Source of the DNA: Chiloscyllium plagiosum
Lineage: Eukaryota
Direction of reading: 5' to 3'
Assembly (NCBI RefSeq): GCF_004010195.1
Contig: NC_057751.1
Coordinates: 5,090,199-5,154,198 of the forward strand
Length of the DNA: 64,000 bases
This document shows positions 52,090 to 64,000 of this stretch, piece after piece (position 1 is the first letter of the stretch; each line of letters begins with the position of its first letter). The notes beneath the pieces were generated by a model that had not been told where the DNA came from, searched no databases, and saw nothing but the letters and a program-made list of their open reading frames with translations. Position numbers and translations under genes: made by a program.

Positions 52090-52750
52090 ATTGAGAGTTC
52101 CAAGGGACATAATTCTTTGTAATTTGCGTCACAGATTGACAGTGTGGTTAAGAAGGTGTTTGTTACCTTTGCTCAGAGCTTTGAGTGTCGGAGTTGGGAT
52201 GTATGTAAAGGTTATACAGGATGTTGGTGGGGCCCCTGCTGAAGTATTTTGTGCAGTTCTGGTCACCCTGTTGAAGTCAAGATTTTATTAAACCAGAGAG
52301 AGTTCAGAAAAGATTGACCAGGACTTTACTGGGAAATGAGGGTTTGAGATAGAAAAATTGGTGGAATTGTCTGGGACTTTTTTCACTGGAGCGTAAGAGG
52401 CTGCTGGGTGACCTGATTGACGTTTATAAAATCATGGAGGATACAGATAACGGGAATTGCAAATGTCTTTTCTCTCGGTGGGAGAGTTCAAAACTGGGGG
52501 CCATATATTCAAGGAAAGAGGAGAAAGATCATGATGAGCAACATTTTTACACAGAGTGTGTTTCATGTGTGGAATCAACTGCCAGAGGAAATGGTGGGTG
52601 TAGGTACAGTTACTATATTCAAAACATGGTTGGATAAGTCCATGAATAAGAAAGGTTTGGAGGGATATGGACCAAACACAGGCAGCTGGGACTAGTTCAG
52701 TTTGGGGACATGGTCAGCGTGGACTGGTTGGGCCGAAGGGTCTGTGTCCT
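52090..52750 (+). mobile_element. Old CR1-like LINE 3' fragment
   Basis: IFTQSVFHVWNQLPEE...LEGYGPNTGSWD. Confidence 0.8.
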
Positions 52751-53423
52751 TGCTGGATAAAGTTAAGAATAGCAGCATTCAGAGAGTGACCTGTGAAACT
52801 GGATCTGTTAGAGAAGGGGAAACAGTCTTGCAATGGTCAAGAAAATGAATCTGTCAGAAGCAACATTTTCTCCGTGACGTAGGCTGGTTCAGGTGAACTT
52901 TTCTCCATTCACACATTGTGTTCTCAGGGTTTATTTTTCACAAGTGTGCTGTAGAAGATTAAGGAACCAGTTTTATGTTGATGCCTCTTAGTAGCAATTT
53001 GGAACAGACACAGTATTTTGTAATCTCAACCACAGTATTAACGTGATTGCCAATCGAATTTCTTGGTGACTGTCCCAGATTGATGGACCCAGCATTTGAT
53101 TTCCCCCAGCGAGTGATGGATGATCTTGTTGATCCAATCCCAAAAGACCTCGATTGGGGCTCCCTTCAGCCTTTCCCCAAAGGGACAAGTCTCTCGTCTC
53201 TTCAGTCTTTTCCTACATGTGCTACCTCTCAGGCCTGGTATCATTCTAATGAGTCTTTTTAAAAATCTCCTTCCATCCCTTGATATGATGGAGTCCAGAA
53301 CAGTGCAAAGTACTCCCAACTGCTGTCCCATCAAGTTTCAGAGCAACTTGAACAAGCCTCCTGAAAACAAACAGTAGGTCAGGTAGCATCCATAGAGACA
53401 GACCAAGCTGATCCAAGTCTAGA

Positions 53424-53910
53424 TAGAGTCATGGGGTTGTACAGCACAGAAACAGACCCTTCGATCCAACTCATCCATGCTGACCACATATCCTGGATAC
53501 ATCTAGACCCATTTGCCAGCACTTGACCCATATCCCTCTGAACCCTTCCTATTCATATACCCATCCAGATGCCTTTTAAATGTTGCAATTGTACCAGCCT
53601 CCACCACATCCTCTGACAGCTCATTCCATACACGCACCACTCTCTGTGTGAAAAAGTTGTCCCTTCGGTCCCTTTTATATCTATCCCCTCTCACCCTAAA
53701 CCGATACCCTCTGGTTCTGGACTCCCCAACCCAGGGAAAAGACTTTGTTTATTTATCCTATCCATGCCCATCTTGATCTTATAGACCTCAATGAGGTCAC
53801 TCCTCAGCCTCTGATGCTCCAGGGAAAACAGTCCCAGCCTACTCAGTCTCTCCCTGCAGATCAAACCCTCCTACCCTGGCAACATCCTTGTAAATCTTTT
53901 CTGAATCCTC
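53424..53910 (-). mobile_element. CR1/HER1-like LINE 3' fragment
   Basis: FFTQRVVRVWNELSEDVVEAGTIATFKRHLDGYM. Confidence 0.88.
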
Positions 53911-54514
53911 AAGTTTCACACACTTCACCAGAGCCTAACAAGCTTGCCTCGGTTGTCAGCTGGAGCCCTGTCAAAGGGAGGTCCAATTGTCTGACGGCCT
54001 GCTTTTCATGGCTATGTGGGTGGTTAGTAATACCCTGCCAGACCCCATGCCTTTCCCCCTCCATTTAGACTCTGGTTTCCTTGTGAGATGACCATCTACA
54101 TTTAATGGTATCTGCAGCAAGAATGGTAAATAAGGGACTGTGCAGTTAGTTTATGTTAAAGGATGTCAGATACTGCATGTTCTATTGTTTGCATATTGGC
54201 GTCCTGTTGGGGAACACCTCCCATCTTATTATCTCAAGCCGAATGTTTTGTCTGTTTGCATGACACTGCCTGCTTTTGGATGCTCGAAATAAGGGAAAAG
54301 GCTGCTGTCTTTTATTCGATTTGTTCATGTCCCTTGACAGCCAGTGTTGCCGTTTTCTTTTGCATTAGCCAAAGCAGTTGTTTTTCAAAAACGTGATTGC
54401 GTTGGAATTGATTGAGAATTTCGGTCTCTATCTTGGTGTCCAATATGGTGGCGCTTGGCTTACTTTCTCTTGAACGTGATTTGAAGCTCTGTCTCTAAGG
54501 ATGGATGTGCTGGC

Positions 54515-55000
54515 GGGAGAGGAGGTTTACCAGAACAATGAAGGCCTTCTCATATGGGAAGCAGCTGAGAACTCTGCGTCTGTACCCGACGGAGTTTAGG
54601 AGAGTGATTGAAGCTTACACAATACTGAGAGGGTTGGATAGGCTGGATGTGGATAAGATGTTTCCATTTGTAGGAGAGATTGGGACCCAAGGGCACAGCC
54701 TCAGAGTGAACGGATAGCCCCTCCAAACTGAGATGAGGAGCATGGCCCTTTACAGTTGTGATAAGGAGGAATTTCTTCAGGCAGAGGGTGGTGAAGCTGT
54801 GGGACTCTTTGCCACAGAGGGATGTGGAGGCCAAGTCATTGAGTGTAGTTCAGACAGAGATAGACAGGTCCTTGATTGGGAAGGAGATCGAGGATTCCAG
54901 AGAAGAGACAGTAGAATGGGATTGGGAAAGATATCAGCCATGATCGAATTGCGGAGCAGAATTGATGGGCCAAGTGGGCAAATTCAGCTGCAATATCTTA
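54515..55000 (+). mobile_element. CR1-like LINE 3' fragment
   Basis: RRNFFRQRVVKLWDSLPQ. Confidence 0.78.
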
Positions 55001-55887
55001 GGGCGAAGATGCAGTGAAAAGTGCTTCTGTTTTGATGAGTTTTAAACAGTTGGTTTTAAGGAAGATTCCTTCACTGTTTTCTATTTTGAGGCTNNNNNNN
55101 NNNNNNNNNNNNNNNNNNNNNNNNNNNNNNNNNNNNNNNNNNNNNGGGGGGGGGGGGGCGAGGAAACAACTCGAAAGGGGACTGAAGATTTGAAACTCCA
55201 CTGCAGAGGGAACACACTGTTACTTGTTTGAAGGCGATGTCTTGCTGAGCTGGGATTAGCATTACAATGGTTAACACACACTAATGTTGACTGTGAGGGA
55301 ATGAAGGGGCAAACCACAGTCATCTCCTCACAAGACAGTTACCTGATTCTCAGGGAAGTGACCTCCAGTCCAACAGTATGGGAGGCAATGAAACTGCTGT
55401 GTCACACACACACAAACTGAAGGCATTGATATCATCAGGATGAGAAGACTTCAGTTCGGAGGTTACGTGACCTTCTTGTCGTTGGTTGCCCTGGATTGTA
55501 ATCACTGCTGAGGAGAAGTAGTTGCAATAGATTTGAATCTCAGTGTGGTTATGGAGTTGCTAACTGCTGTGGACTGAGACTAGCCTGGGAGCTCGATCAT
55601 GATGAGCATGTGTAAGCAGCCACCAATCTCTTGCTGGAACCAAGGTGAAGCTCAAGAACAGGCAGAAGCTGACAAACCCCATCATTCTGTGATCCAGAGA
55701 TAACATCTGGTGGCTGTCCACAATGGGTGTGACATGACAGAGGGCACGTGGGGGAGGGGGGGTGGGGAAGCTGTTACCCAGACTGTTTTCTCTGTGAGTC
55801 CCAGTAGCTGTGGGGTTTCCTGCAAGTCAGTGTGTTGGACACTATTGCAAGGATTCCTCATCCCTCGTCCCCTCCCTGTGGACAAGA

Positions 55888-56012
55888 AATTCCTGATGAA
55901 GGGCTTATGCCCGAAACGTTGATTCTCCTGCTCCTTGGAAGTTCCCTGACCTGTGCTGTGCTTTCCCAGCGCCACACTTTTCAACTCTGAATTCTGCAGT
56001 CCTCACTTTCTC
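55888..56012 (+). mobile_element. Solo Penelope terminal-repeat fragment
   Basis: Reverse-complement match to 39505-39632. Confidence 0.8.
55890..55930 (+). ncRNA. Minimal hammerhead ribozyme motif
   Basis: CTGATGA-A-GGGC-TTAT-GCCC-GAAAC-GTT-GATTCTCC. Confidence 0.62.
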
Positions 56013-56789
56013 TTATCCCCACAGTGCCTTACATTCAGACCAGAACAGTGAGCATCTGGAGCATGGTCCCCAGCCCACTGCAGTGGGAGCTGCTTTGGTG
56101 ACAAAGTGGAGACCAGCAACTTTCCACTTCCAGCATCGGACTGAAGCTTAAAATGGCCACAGCAATCAGCTGACTAGACAGTTTAACTTAGCAACGTGAA
56201 ACCAATATGGACCAAATGGTATTGTCTGAACTGACATCAACATTTTCTCCAAAGACAGCCAGGTGTCAATAAGCCATCATCTCCTGGTTCGATTGACTCC
56301 TGACTGATAAGTTTCACACACTGGAGATGAAAGACATCATGAGCCTGGAAACAAGGAACTCAGTTATTGGAATACACAATCCTGTCTCCTGAGCAGCTGG
56401 AGCGAAGGTCACTGCACCCTCTGGTGGGATTCAGTGTCCAGCTTGATGCACTCTTCAGTCAAACAGCTAGTTGGTGAAAGACAACTGGCTTCCGATCCTT
56501 TTCAGACAGGAGTGCGGCACAGAAGATGGAGTCAATGGAAGGGTAGAAAGATAGGATCAACAAGGTGTGTGGAAAGCCAGGAAGCAGAGGGTCACTCAGT
56601 GTCCACTAATCATCAGTCGGCCCATGACTGTTCACTCTGATCAGTAGGATTGACTGCTCTCAAGATTTAATGAAGAAATGTCATTATCAGTGAGATTTCA
56701 CCATTACATTTCCCACCTCGCCTCAGTGCAAAACTGCTCAGCGATGGTCAGTTTTACTGCTCGCATTTCTGTAACCTCTCAGGTGCTCC

Positions 56790-58060
56790 AGAGATAGTCA
56801 GCTTGCCTTTGTGAGGGGCACGTCATGCCTCGCTGAATTCTTTGAGGATGTGACAAAACACATTGATGAAGGTAGAGCAGTGGATGTGGTGTACATGGAT
56901 TTTAGCAAGGTGTTCGAGAAGGTTCCCCATGGTAGGCCCATTCAGAAAGTAAGGAGGCATGGGATACCGGGAAACCTGGCTGTTTGGATACGGAATTGGC
57001 TGGCCCATAGAAGACAGAGGGTGGTAATAGATAGAAAGGATTCAGCCTGGAGCCCGGCGACCAGTGGTGTTCCAGAGAGATAGATTCTGGGACCCCTGCT
57101 CTTTGTGATTTTTATAGAATGACTTGGATGAGTAACTGAAAGGGTGGGTTAGTAGGTTTGTTGATGACACGAAGGTTGGTAGAGTTGTAGATAGTGTGGA
57201 GGGTTGTTGTAGGTTGCAACGAGACATTGACAGGATGCAGAACCCAGCTGAGAAGTGGCAGATGGAGTTCAACCTGGAAAAGGGTGAAGTGATTCATTTT
57301 GGAAGGTTAAATTTGAATGCAGAATACAGGATTAAAGGCAGGATTCATGGAAGTGTGGAGGAACAGAGGGATCTTGGGATCCATGTCCAGAGATCCCTCC
57401 AAGTTGCCACCCAAGTTGATGGGATTGCTAAGATGATGCATGGTGTGTTGGCTTTCATTAGCAGGGGGATTGAGTTTAAGTACCATGAGGTTATGCTGTT
57501 ACTGTGTAAAGCCCTGGTTAGACCACACTTGGAATATTGTGTTCAGTTCTGGTTGCCTCATTATAGGAAGGATGTGGAAGCTTTAGAGAGGGTGCAGAGG
57601 TGATTTACCAGGATACTGCCTGGAATGGAGGGAATGTCTCATGGAGAAAGGTTGAAGGAGCTAGGGCTTTTCTCATTGGAGTGAAGAAGGGTGAGAGGTG
57701 ACTTGACAGAGATGTACAAGATGATCAGAGGCACAGATAGAGTGGGTAGCCAGAGACTGTTTCCCAGAGTGGAACTGACTATTACGAGGGGACAGAATGT
57801 TAAGGTGATTGGAGGAAGGTTTCGGGGAGATGTCAGAGGTCAGTTCTTCACACACACAGTGATGGGTGCATGGAATGCACTGTCAGTGATGGTAATAGAG
57901 TCAGATCCATTCGGGATTTTTAAGGGACTCTTGGATAAGCACATGGATGGGAGTAAAATGGAGGGTATGTCGGTTAGTCTGATCTTACAGGAGGATAAAA
58001 GGTCAGTACAACATCAGGGGGCAAAGGGCCTGTACTGTGCTGGACTGTTCTATGTTCTAT
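56790..58060 (+). mobile_element. CR1-like LINE (RT through 3' tail)
   Basis: VDVVYMDFSKVFEKVPH, SGVP, RPHLEYCVQFW motifs; TTCTATGTTCTAT tail. Confidence 0.92.
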
Positions 58061-60667
58061 ACACTTGGCAATCCATTGTCAGATACAAGCCAACCAATTT
58101 GTGCATAGTAAGCTCCCACACACACCAATGTGACAATGAATGTATCATCCTTTTGTGACAAGATCATTGAGATAGAAATACTGGAGTGGACACTGTTAGG
58201 AAGTGCCCTTCTCCTTTACACAATAATGTACTTGGATCTTTTCCGTATGCCACTAAAAGCAGACATGGACTTGGGTTAATGTCTCAGCACCTCCCTTCGT
58301 AATCCTTGCCTGAAGTCCTGGGCTGTGTGAGCCTTGAACCTACACCTTTTCGACTCTGAGGCATGCTGGAGCTGACACTGACTGAAACATGATTCCTTTA
58401 CTTTGATAATTGCTGACTCAGTGGTATTGCAACATTGCCCACCATTTTGTTAGTGCTGTGTTCTCGCTAGAACTCAGCTTACCCCAGTTGTGGTTGGCTA
58501 AGTACAGCTTGTACAAGGAGGAGGAGGGCGAGACTGGGTTTGGCTCTCACACCCTGTGTTACCTCATAGCCTGCTGGGTTAATGCTTGACTCTGACTTGA
58601 CAAGCTGGTTGGGGCAGCATGTACCACTTTCTGCCTCTGATGGGAAGTCAACATGAATCCTGCCTGTATCTGTCGTAGACTTGTAGCTTTTTTCTACGAG
58701 CCACTGGCTCCTGATGACACATAGGAGGTACAGTTTAAATCAGACAGTGAGCAGACCATCAGCATATGGACTGAAGAGAATGCATTCCATTTTTATATCA
58801 AACCAAAATCGCTCAGTCTCATCTCATGAGAAGAGCCTTTTCCTTACTTCCAGTGAAACTTCTCTGAACTGTTTCCAATGCAATTCCATCCTTCCTTCAG
58901 TAAGGTACCAGAAGTGAACTGGAGGGTAAGCCCATAGCCCCATTCAGCAAAGCATTGCAGCTGAGAGTCCACAAGGCTTGAGGCAACATGCGGGCCTGGG
59001 CTGAGATGTTGGAGGGTCACTCTCTGCTCTGTGCTGAGCGTGATCGATTACAGCTCTATCTTGTGATCGTTTTACTGTGGTGTTGGCCTGTGAACTGGTG
59101 CTGAGGACAGGACAAGCCTTGGATGTCACTGAGCACCCTGTTGCCTTGGACTGTGTCCATGTAAATAACTGCTGCATGACAGAGTGCCAGGAGAATTGAC
59201 GGGTTATGGGACAGGGCATGGAACAACCTGGTTATTGAGGCAGGAGTCCTAGCCTCTGTTTCTCTCCCGATTTAATCGCTGACTCTGCAGTCAGTTTCAG
59301 GCCTGGTGCAAGCCAGAGAACGCTGTCTGATCTTGGCATGGGTCCAAAGAGTGCAGAAAGAAGGTACATGCAGATTACCAGCTTGAGCAAGATAGCCCAG
59401 GCAGAGAAAGCAGATTTCCACCTGGAAGTCGAGCAGACAGACATAGTGGGGTGACAAACAGTAGGAAGCTGTTCAGAGATTCACATGTGTGACTTTACTT
59501 TCTGTCTCACCTTATGACTCCGATTCTCCCCGCCACACACAGTTTGACCACAAATGACTGTTTCCTTTCATTCTCGCAGGCATTGCTACCTGACATCCTC
59601 TCAGCTTCAAATGTTTCACAAGAAATTCTCATGCCTTTGGCTGTCGGGGCTGCTTCTGTCCCCCTCAAGGCTTCACCCTGTCTGAAGAGGCTGGAGAAAT
59701 GTCTGAGTGGCTTCCCTTGCTGCTGTTGGTGGGTTGTGAACCAAGTGTTTCCCCCCCCATTGGCTGGCTGGCCCAGGTGACACTCCATGCCTATTCCTAA
59801 TGTGGAGCTACTGCACTTTGCCGTTGTGAAGTGGAGCTCCCTTGTTGCTTTTGCGAATGTTTGCATCCATCTGACCCCACAGGGAGGGGGATGATGTTTA
59901 AGACAGCATTTCTCCTGCTGCGTGACTGGCCTCGGCGTGTTCAGGTAGTGGCAGCTCTGGATCTGAACTCTTTGACTGACACCGTACAAGGGCTTCGCCC
60001 CCATTGAGCCCAACTCAGCCTGGATTGGCAGTGTGTTCCCACCAGCAGTGATGTGACCTTTGGCCTTGCTGAGAGCACCACGCGATAAAGATGACACGAG
60101 TGTAAGGTCTGCTGTGATGTGTCTCAAGATGTGGCCTGGGAATGTTTGGAGGCATTGTTCCTCGTGTGTGTTGGGAGGACTAGTTTGTCAGGAAGTTGGC
60201 TCCACTCCTTAGCTACAATGCCTGTATCACAGCTGGTTCACTGTTCCCTGCTTCAGAGAACCAGAGAACCTTGTTGGTTGCACATGACTTGGATTAGTAC
60301 TGAACATACCCAGCTAAAACATCATGCTTTCATATCCATCTTGGCCAGGAATGATTTGGAACCCTACTCACAATGCCTTCATGAAGAAAAGTGTGCTCCT
60401 CGTTGTCAGTGATTTTGCTATTTCAGGCGGTCTCTGTCTCTATTTGAACTAAGTCAGAAGCTGGGTGTCTGTTGACTGACATTCATTCCACACTTTACCT
60501 GAACAGACAACATGGTCCTTGCTCTAGCTGCTCTCCGATGACTTGGTTTTAGCAAAGCTCAAGTAAAGATGTTTATGGTCGACTCTCTACCTGAGGGAAG
60601 AGTTTTCGCTGTTGGTTTCTTGAAATGCTTCCTCGGTTTTTCACTTCCATTAGATATGCACGCTAAA

Positions 60668-60840
60668 GGAGAAAGTGAGGACTGCAGATGCTGGAGATCA
60701 GAGCTGAAAATGTGTTGCAGCATCCAAGGAGCAGGAGAATCGACTTTCCTCATTCCTGAAGAAGGGCTCATGCCCGAAACGTCGATTCTCCTGCTCCTTG
60801 GATGCTGCCTGACCTGCTGTGCTTTTCCAGCAACGCACAC
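60668..60840. mobile_element. Inverted pair of Penelope terminal-repeat fragments
   Basis: Left part matches 39505-39604 in the same orientation; right part is its reverse complement. Confidence 0.8.
60752..60790 (+). ncRNA. Minimal hammerhead ribozyme motif
   Basis: CTGAAGA-A-GGGC-TCAT-GCCC-GAAAC-GTC-GATTCTC. Confidence 0.65.
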
Positions 60841-61680
60841 TAATGGAACTAGTTAGGTTTGGTCGGCCTGGACGAGTTGAACAGAAGGGTTTGGTAGAGG
60901 GCCGTATATCTCTGACAGAAATCAAGGCTGTTCTCAGCTGCTTCCCAAAGGCAGCCTGGTGTCCGGTTTCCTATGGGAAGACAATGGGAACATGACATTT
61001 GGGTTTCATTGTGGACTACTCCTTGACGGGCCCAGATTTCCTCTCCCATCTGTCTCCAGCCAGTAACTTTGGTCAGCTGTCAGCTTTGGCCTGTAGCTGT
61101 CCCTGAATTCCCACTCCTTTGGGTGTCTGGGTAGCTTTCCTTCAGAGACAGTTTGCTGGTTTTCTGGCAGCGTGACTGCCAATGTTAACAGGAAGCTGGT
61201 GTGCCAGATACAAACACATTGTGAGGCAGGGTGGGCTGGCGAGGGAAGCTTCCTTCCCCTATCTCACTCAAACTTGGTCACAAGCAGCGCAGGAAGCATG
61301 GAGGAGCTGATGTCAGAGCATCCTGTGCACTGTATCTGACTCATTCCAACCCCACAGATCATGGTCCCTTGATAAATGGTAATGATGTTGATTTCCTTTC
61401 TTTGCAAACTCTGGTGAATGATGTTGAACTTGTGAAGCTGACCATTGAGAACAAAACCCAGCAGATGTAGAATTACACAGCGGTATGGTCAGCATCTGCA
61501 AGCAGTGTACCTGTATGGATTGGCACGTCGAATGGTGGGGGGCGGGGAGGGAATGTCCCTCAGCAGAGATAGGCGCCTTCTCTTTCAGATGCTGGCTGCT
61601 GACCCGCAGTGCATTTGCAGGATTTTCTATCCATTTGAATGTGCATTAACCTTCCTGGCTTGTGTTTTGTTTGTGTGCAG

Positions 61681-61802
61681 GAATCTGAGTCGACGACGTC
61701 TGGAAGTGATGCGAAATTGGACTCGAGCAGTGCGGACACTGCTCCTTCTGTTGATAATACTCCCGAGGTGTTGAACAAGGCACTGTCCGGCCTATCTTCA
61801 AG
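61681..61802 (+). CDS. CDS2: CDS2 (phosphatidate cytidylyltransferase 2) coding exon 2
   Basis: ESESTTSGSDAKLDSSSADTAPSVDNTPEVLNKALSGLSS(R) matches the CDS-family motif D-TPEVLN-ALS-LSSR; acceptor TTTGTGTGCAG, donor AG|GT; head-to-head with PCNA favours CDS2 over CDS1. Confidence 0.88.
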
Positions 61803-61850
61803 GTGTGGTATTCTCAGCTGTGCGCTGCTGCAGTTTGTCCTTTTGCATAG

Positions 61851-61949
61851 CACTTCGTGCAATCCCGAACACTATCCAGGATAGTATTTAGTGAACTCAC
61901 TTCGTGCAATCCCGAACACTATCCAGGATAGTATTTAGTGAACTCACTT
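61851..61949. repeat. Perfect 47-bp tandem duplication
   Basis: CACTTCGTGCAATCCCGAACACTATCCAGGATAGTATTTAGTGAACT starts at 61851 and again at 61898. Confidence 0.95.
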
Positions 61950-64000
61950 GGCAGAACTGAGGGCAGAGTTTCTTTTCCATTCCTGTGAAAGCTGACTTTC
62001 CCAAAGAGCTAAACGTGGGAATAATACCTGATAAGATCAAAGACAAGTGCCGTGGCACCTTTCCTGCCTGGTGACTCGGGATTAACTACCTTGAGTCTCA
62101 AAATATAGGAGCAAACACTCCTTTATAACTAAAATCGCAACACTTTACACAAATCAAATGGAGCACGTGGGGAGCTACTTTGACTGTGCCAACCATTTGA
62201 AGGAGCTAGTTAGTTAGATTCATTCCCCAGTTATTACCCCCTCTCTGTTTCGAGATCCTCACAGTCTGGTTTGCTCATGTTGACCCTGATGTCGGGTGTC
62301 GCTGACTAGATTGACCTTTATTTTCCATCCCGAATTGTTCTGGAGAAGGTGGTGCTGAGTTGCCTTTTTACAGTCCCACAGGGCTGTGAGGGAAGGGGTT
62401 CCAGGACTTTGACCCAATAACACTGCAGGCACAGCCGTATATTTCTAAGGTTGGTGAGTGACCTGGAGGGGAGCCTGCAGGGGATTATGTTCCCAGGTAC
62501 CTGCTACCCTTGTCCTCAGGGTAGAAGTGGTTGCAGGTTTGGAAGATGCTGCTAAAGGAGCCTTGAATCGATAGCACTCCCTGCTGCTAATGAGTGTTGG
62601 TGGTGGAATGAAGATTGAAGGTACTGACAGGATTTCAGTCACACAACCTGCTTGGTGTTGGAGTCTGTGGGATTTGTCTGGGGTTCGCTCACTCGGGATC
62701 TATCCCCTTTTACCCTGCAACCTGTATCCATTGCCCTTCAACGACAGCTTGATCAAGCTCATTGAAAACAGGGGGAGGAAGTTCCTCAGACACTGATTAA
62801 TAACAAACACTGATGAGAATGCCTTGGGCATGACTTGCACAGAAAGTGAAGGACCATGACAATTTCATTGGAATAGCACAGACAGGAAGTTTTTGTCAAC
62901 AGTTTAACCCCCTGCAAGTGGACTTTCAGTCCCCTCCTGAACTAGCACCATGAATGTAGGTATCCTGTCACCAAGTCCCCATGGAGTCTGACCAGCCAGT
63001 TCTTAGAGTGAACAGAAACCCTCACACTCCTCTTCATATCTGTTAGCCCACACTCCCTGATTAGCCCTGGCTAACAGCACCAAATCAGGCATCTCATTCT
63101 CAATAAGATCCACTCAGCTGCCCCCTTTCCCTCTCACTAACTTAGATCTTTGGATCCTGGAAAAGTCCCCTGTTCCTCTGTGCACAGCTCTGTGGGATCT
63201 TGGATAGTGACAAGAGAGAGTTGATGCAGATGGAATTATTTGAAGGGAGTACCCAACTGGTGCTTTCTGCAGATCATGCTGTGCACTGACCACCTCCTGC
63301 TCCTGTCCATTGATCAAACCCGATCAGTAGGAAGCAGTAAGGAACTCTGCTTTCCCTTTGGATCCAGTGACCTTATTCCCCTCATTGACCCTGGAGTGAG
63401 TGGACTGTCTGGGTAACGAGTTTCCGATTGGATTGTTTTTGTGTGACTGGTTTTGACTTGTGGCCTCCAATTTTGGTGCTCTGTCCAAGCGGAGAGAATC
63501 TCACCCCATCTTTTTGCATTGCCTTTAATGATGCTGAAGACTTCCTCAGACCTCCACCTTTGAGCGGCTTCATTGCAGCTCTGTTCAGTCCTTGCTGAGA
63601 ATGTGGCAGTCATCCACTGCCCAGCTGCCCTTTTCATAACACGATGCACACAAAGTTGCACAGCATGCCATGTGACCGAAGCGAGTCGCAAAGCAATCTG
63701 AATGTCTTCTGCCTTTCAATTGTGTCCCTCGAGAGGTGAACCCTGGTTCTTTGCTGGTTTTGAATGGGACCATCTAAAACTCGGAGACAATCTTTGAGTT
63801 ATTTACATCAGCAGGCTTGGTTGAACCTCTCACTCCGAAGGTATTCTCGTCGGCAGTGAGTACCACAGTGAAGACTGGATTCCGTTGTGGAGACAGCTTT
63901 GTGGGAGGAGCGTGGGGAGTGGTGGTGCCACATCATCGTTCACTCCCTTTCAGCTTGAGTGTTGTCACAGACCAAGACAGAGCCCCCCCCACCCACCCCG

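Noticed and set aside
59507-60127. 206-aa minus-strand ORF in the CDS2 intron
   Set aside because: No recognisable motifs; consistent with a chance ORF

Overview
Eukaryotic (vertebrate) genomic DNA with seven N-gaps. The repeat content (HE1-like V-SINEs, CR1/HER1-like LINEs, Penelope-like elements) points to a cartilaginous fish, probably a shark; this is an inference. Three spliced genes are supported. (1) The 5' two-thirds of SLC23A2 (sodium-ascorbate transporter SVCT2) on the minus strand: 9 coding exons, 23797 down to 992, about 366 codons, running off the left edge. (2) A complete PCNA on the minus strand: 6 coding exons, 49245 down to 42826, 261 aa, with a polyA signal at 42581. (3) Coding exon 2 of CDS2 on the plus strand (61681-61802), head-to-head with PCNA as in mammals. 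The remainder is transposon debris, minisatellites and microsatellites. The most interesting items: four minimal hammerhead-ribozyme motifs carried by Penelope-type terminal repeats (two sense-oriented in the CDS2 intron, one of them locked in a perfect 28-bp stem); an E2F/CRE cluster in PCNA intron 1; a compact E2F-CArG-octamer PCNA promoter; a 52-bp tandem array with CTCF-like cores between PCNA and CDS2; and overlapping uORFs in the SLC23A2 leader. I cannot support a wholly new multi-gene system. All family assignments come from remembered sequences, not database searches.
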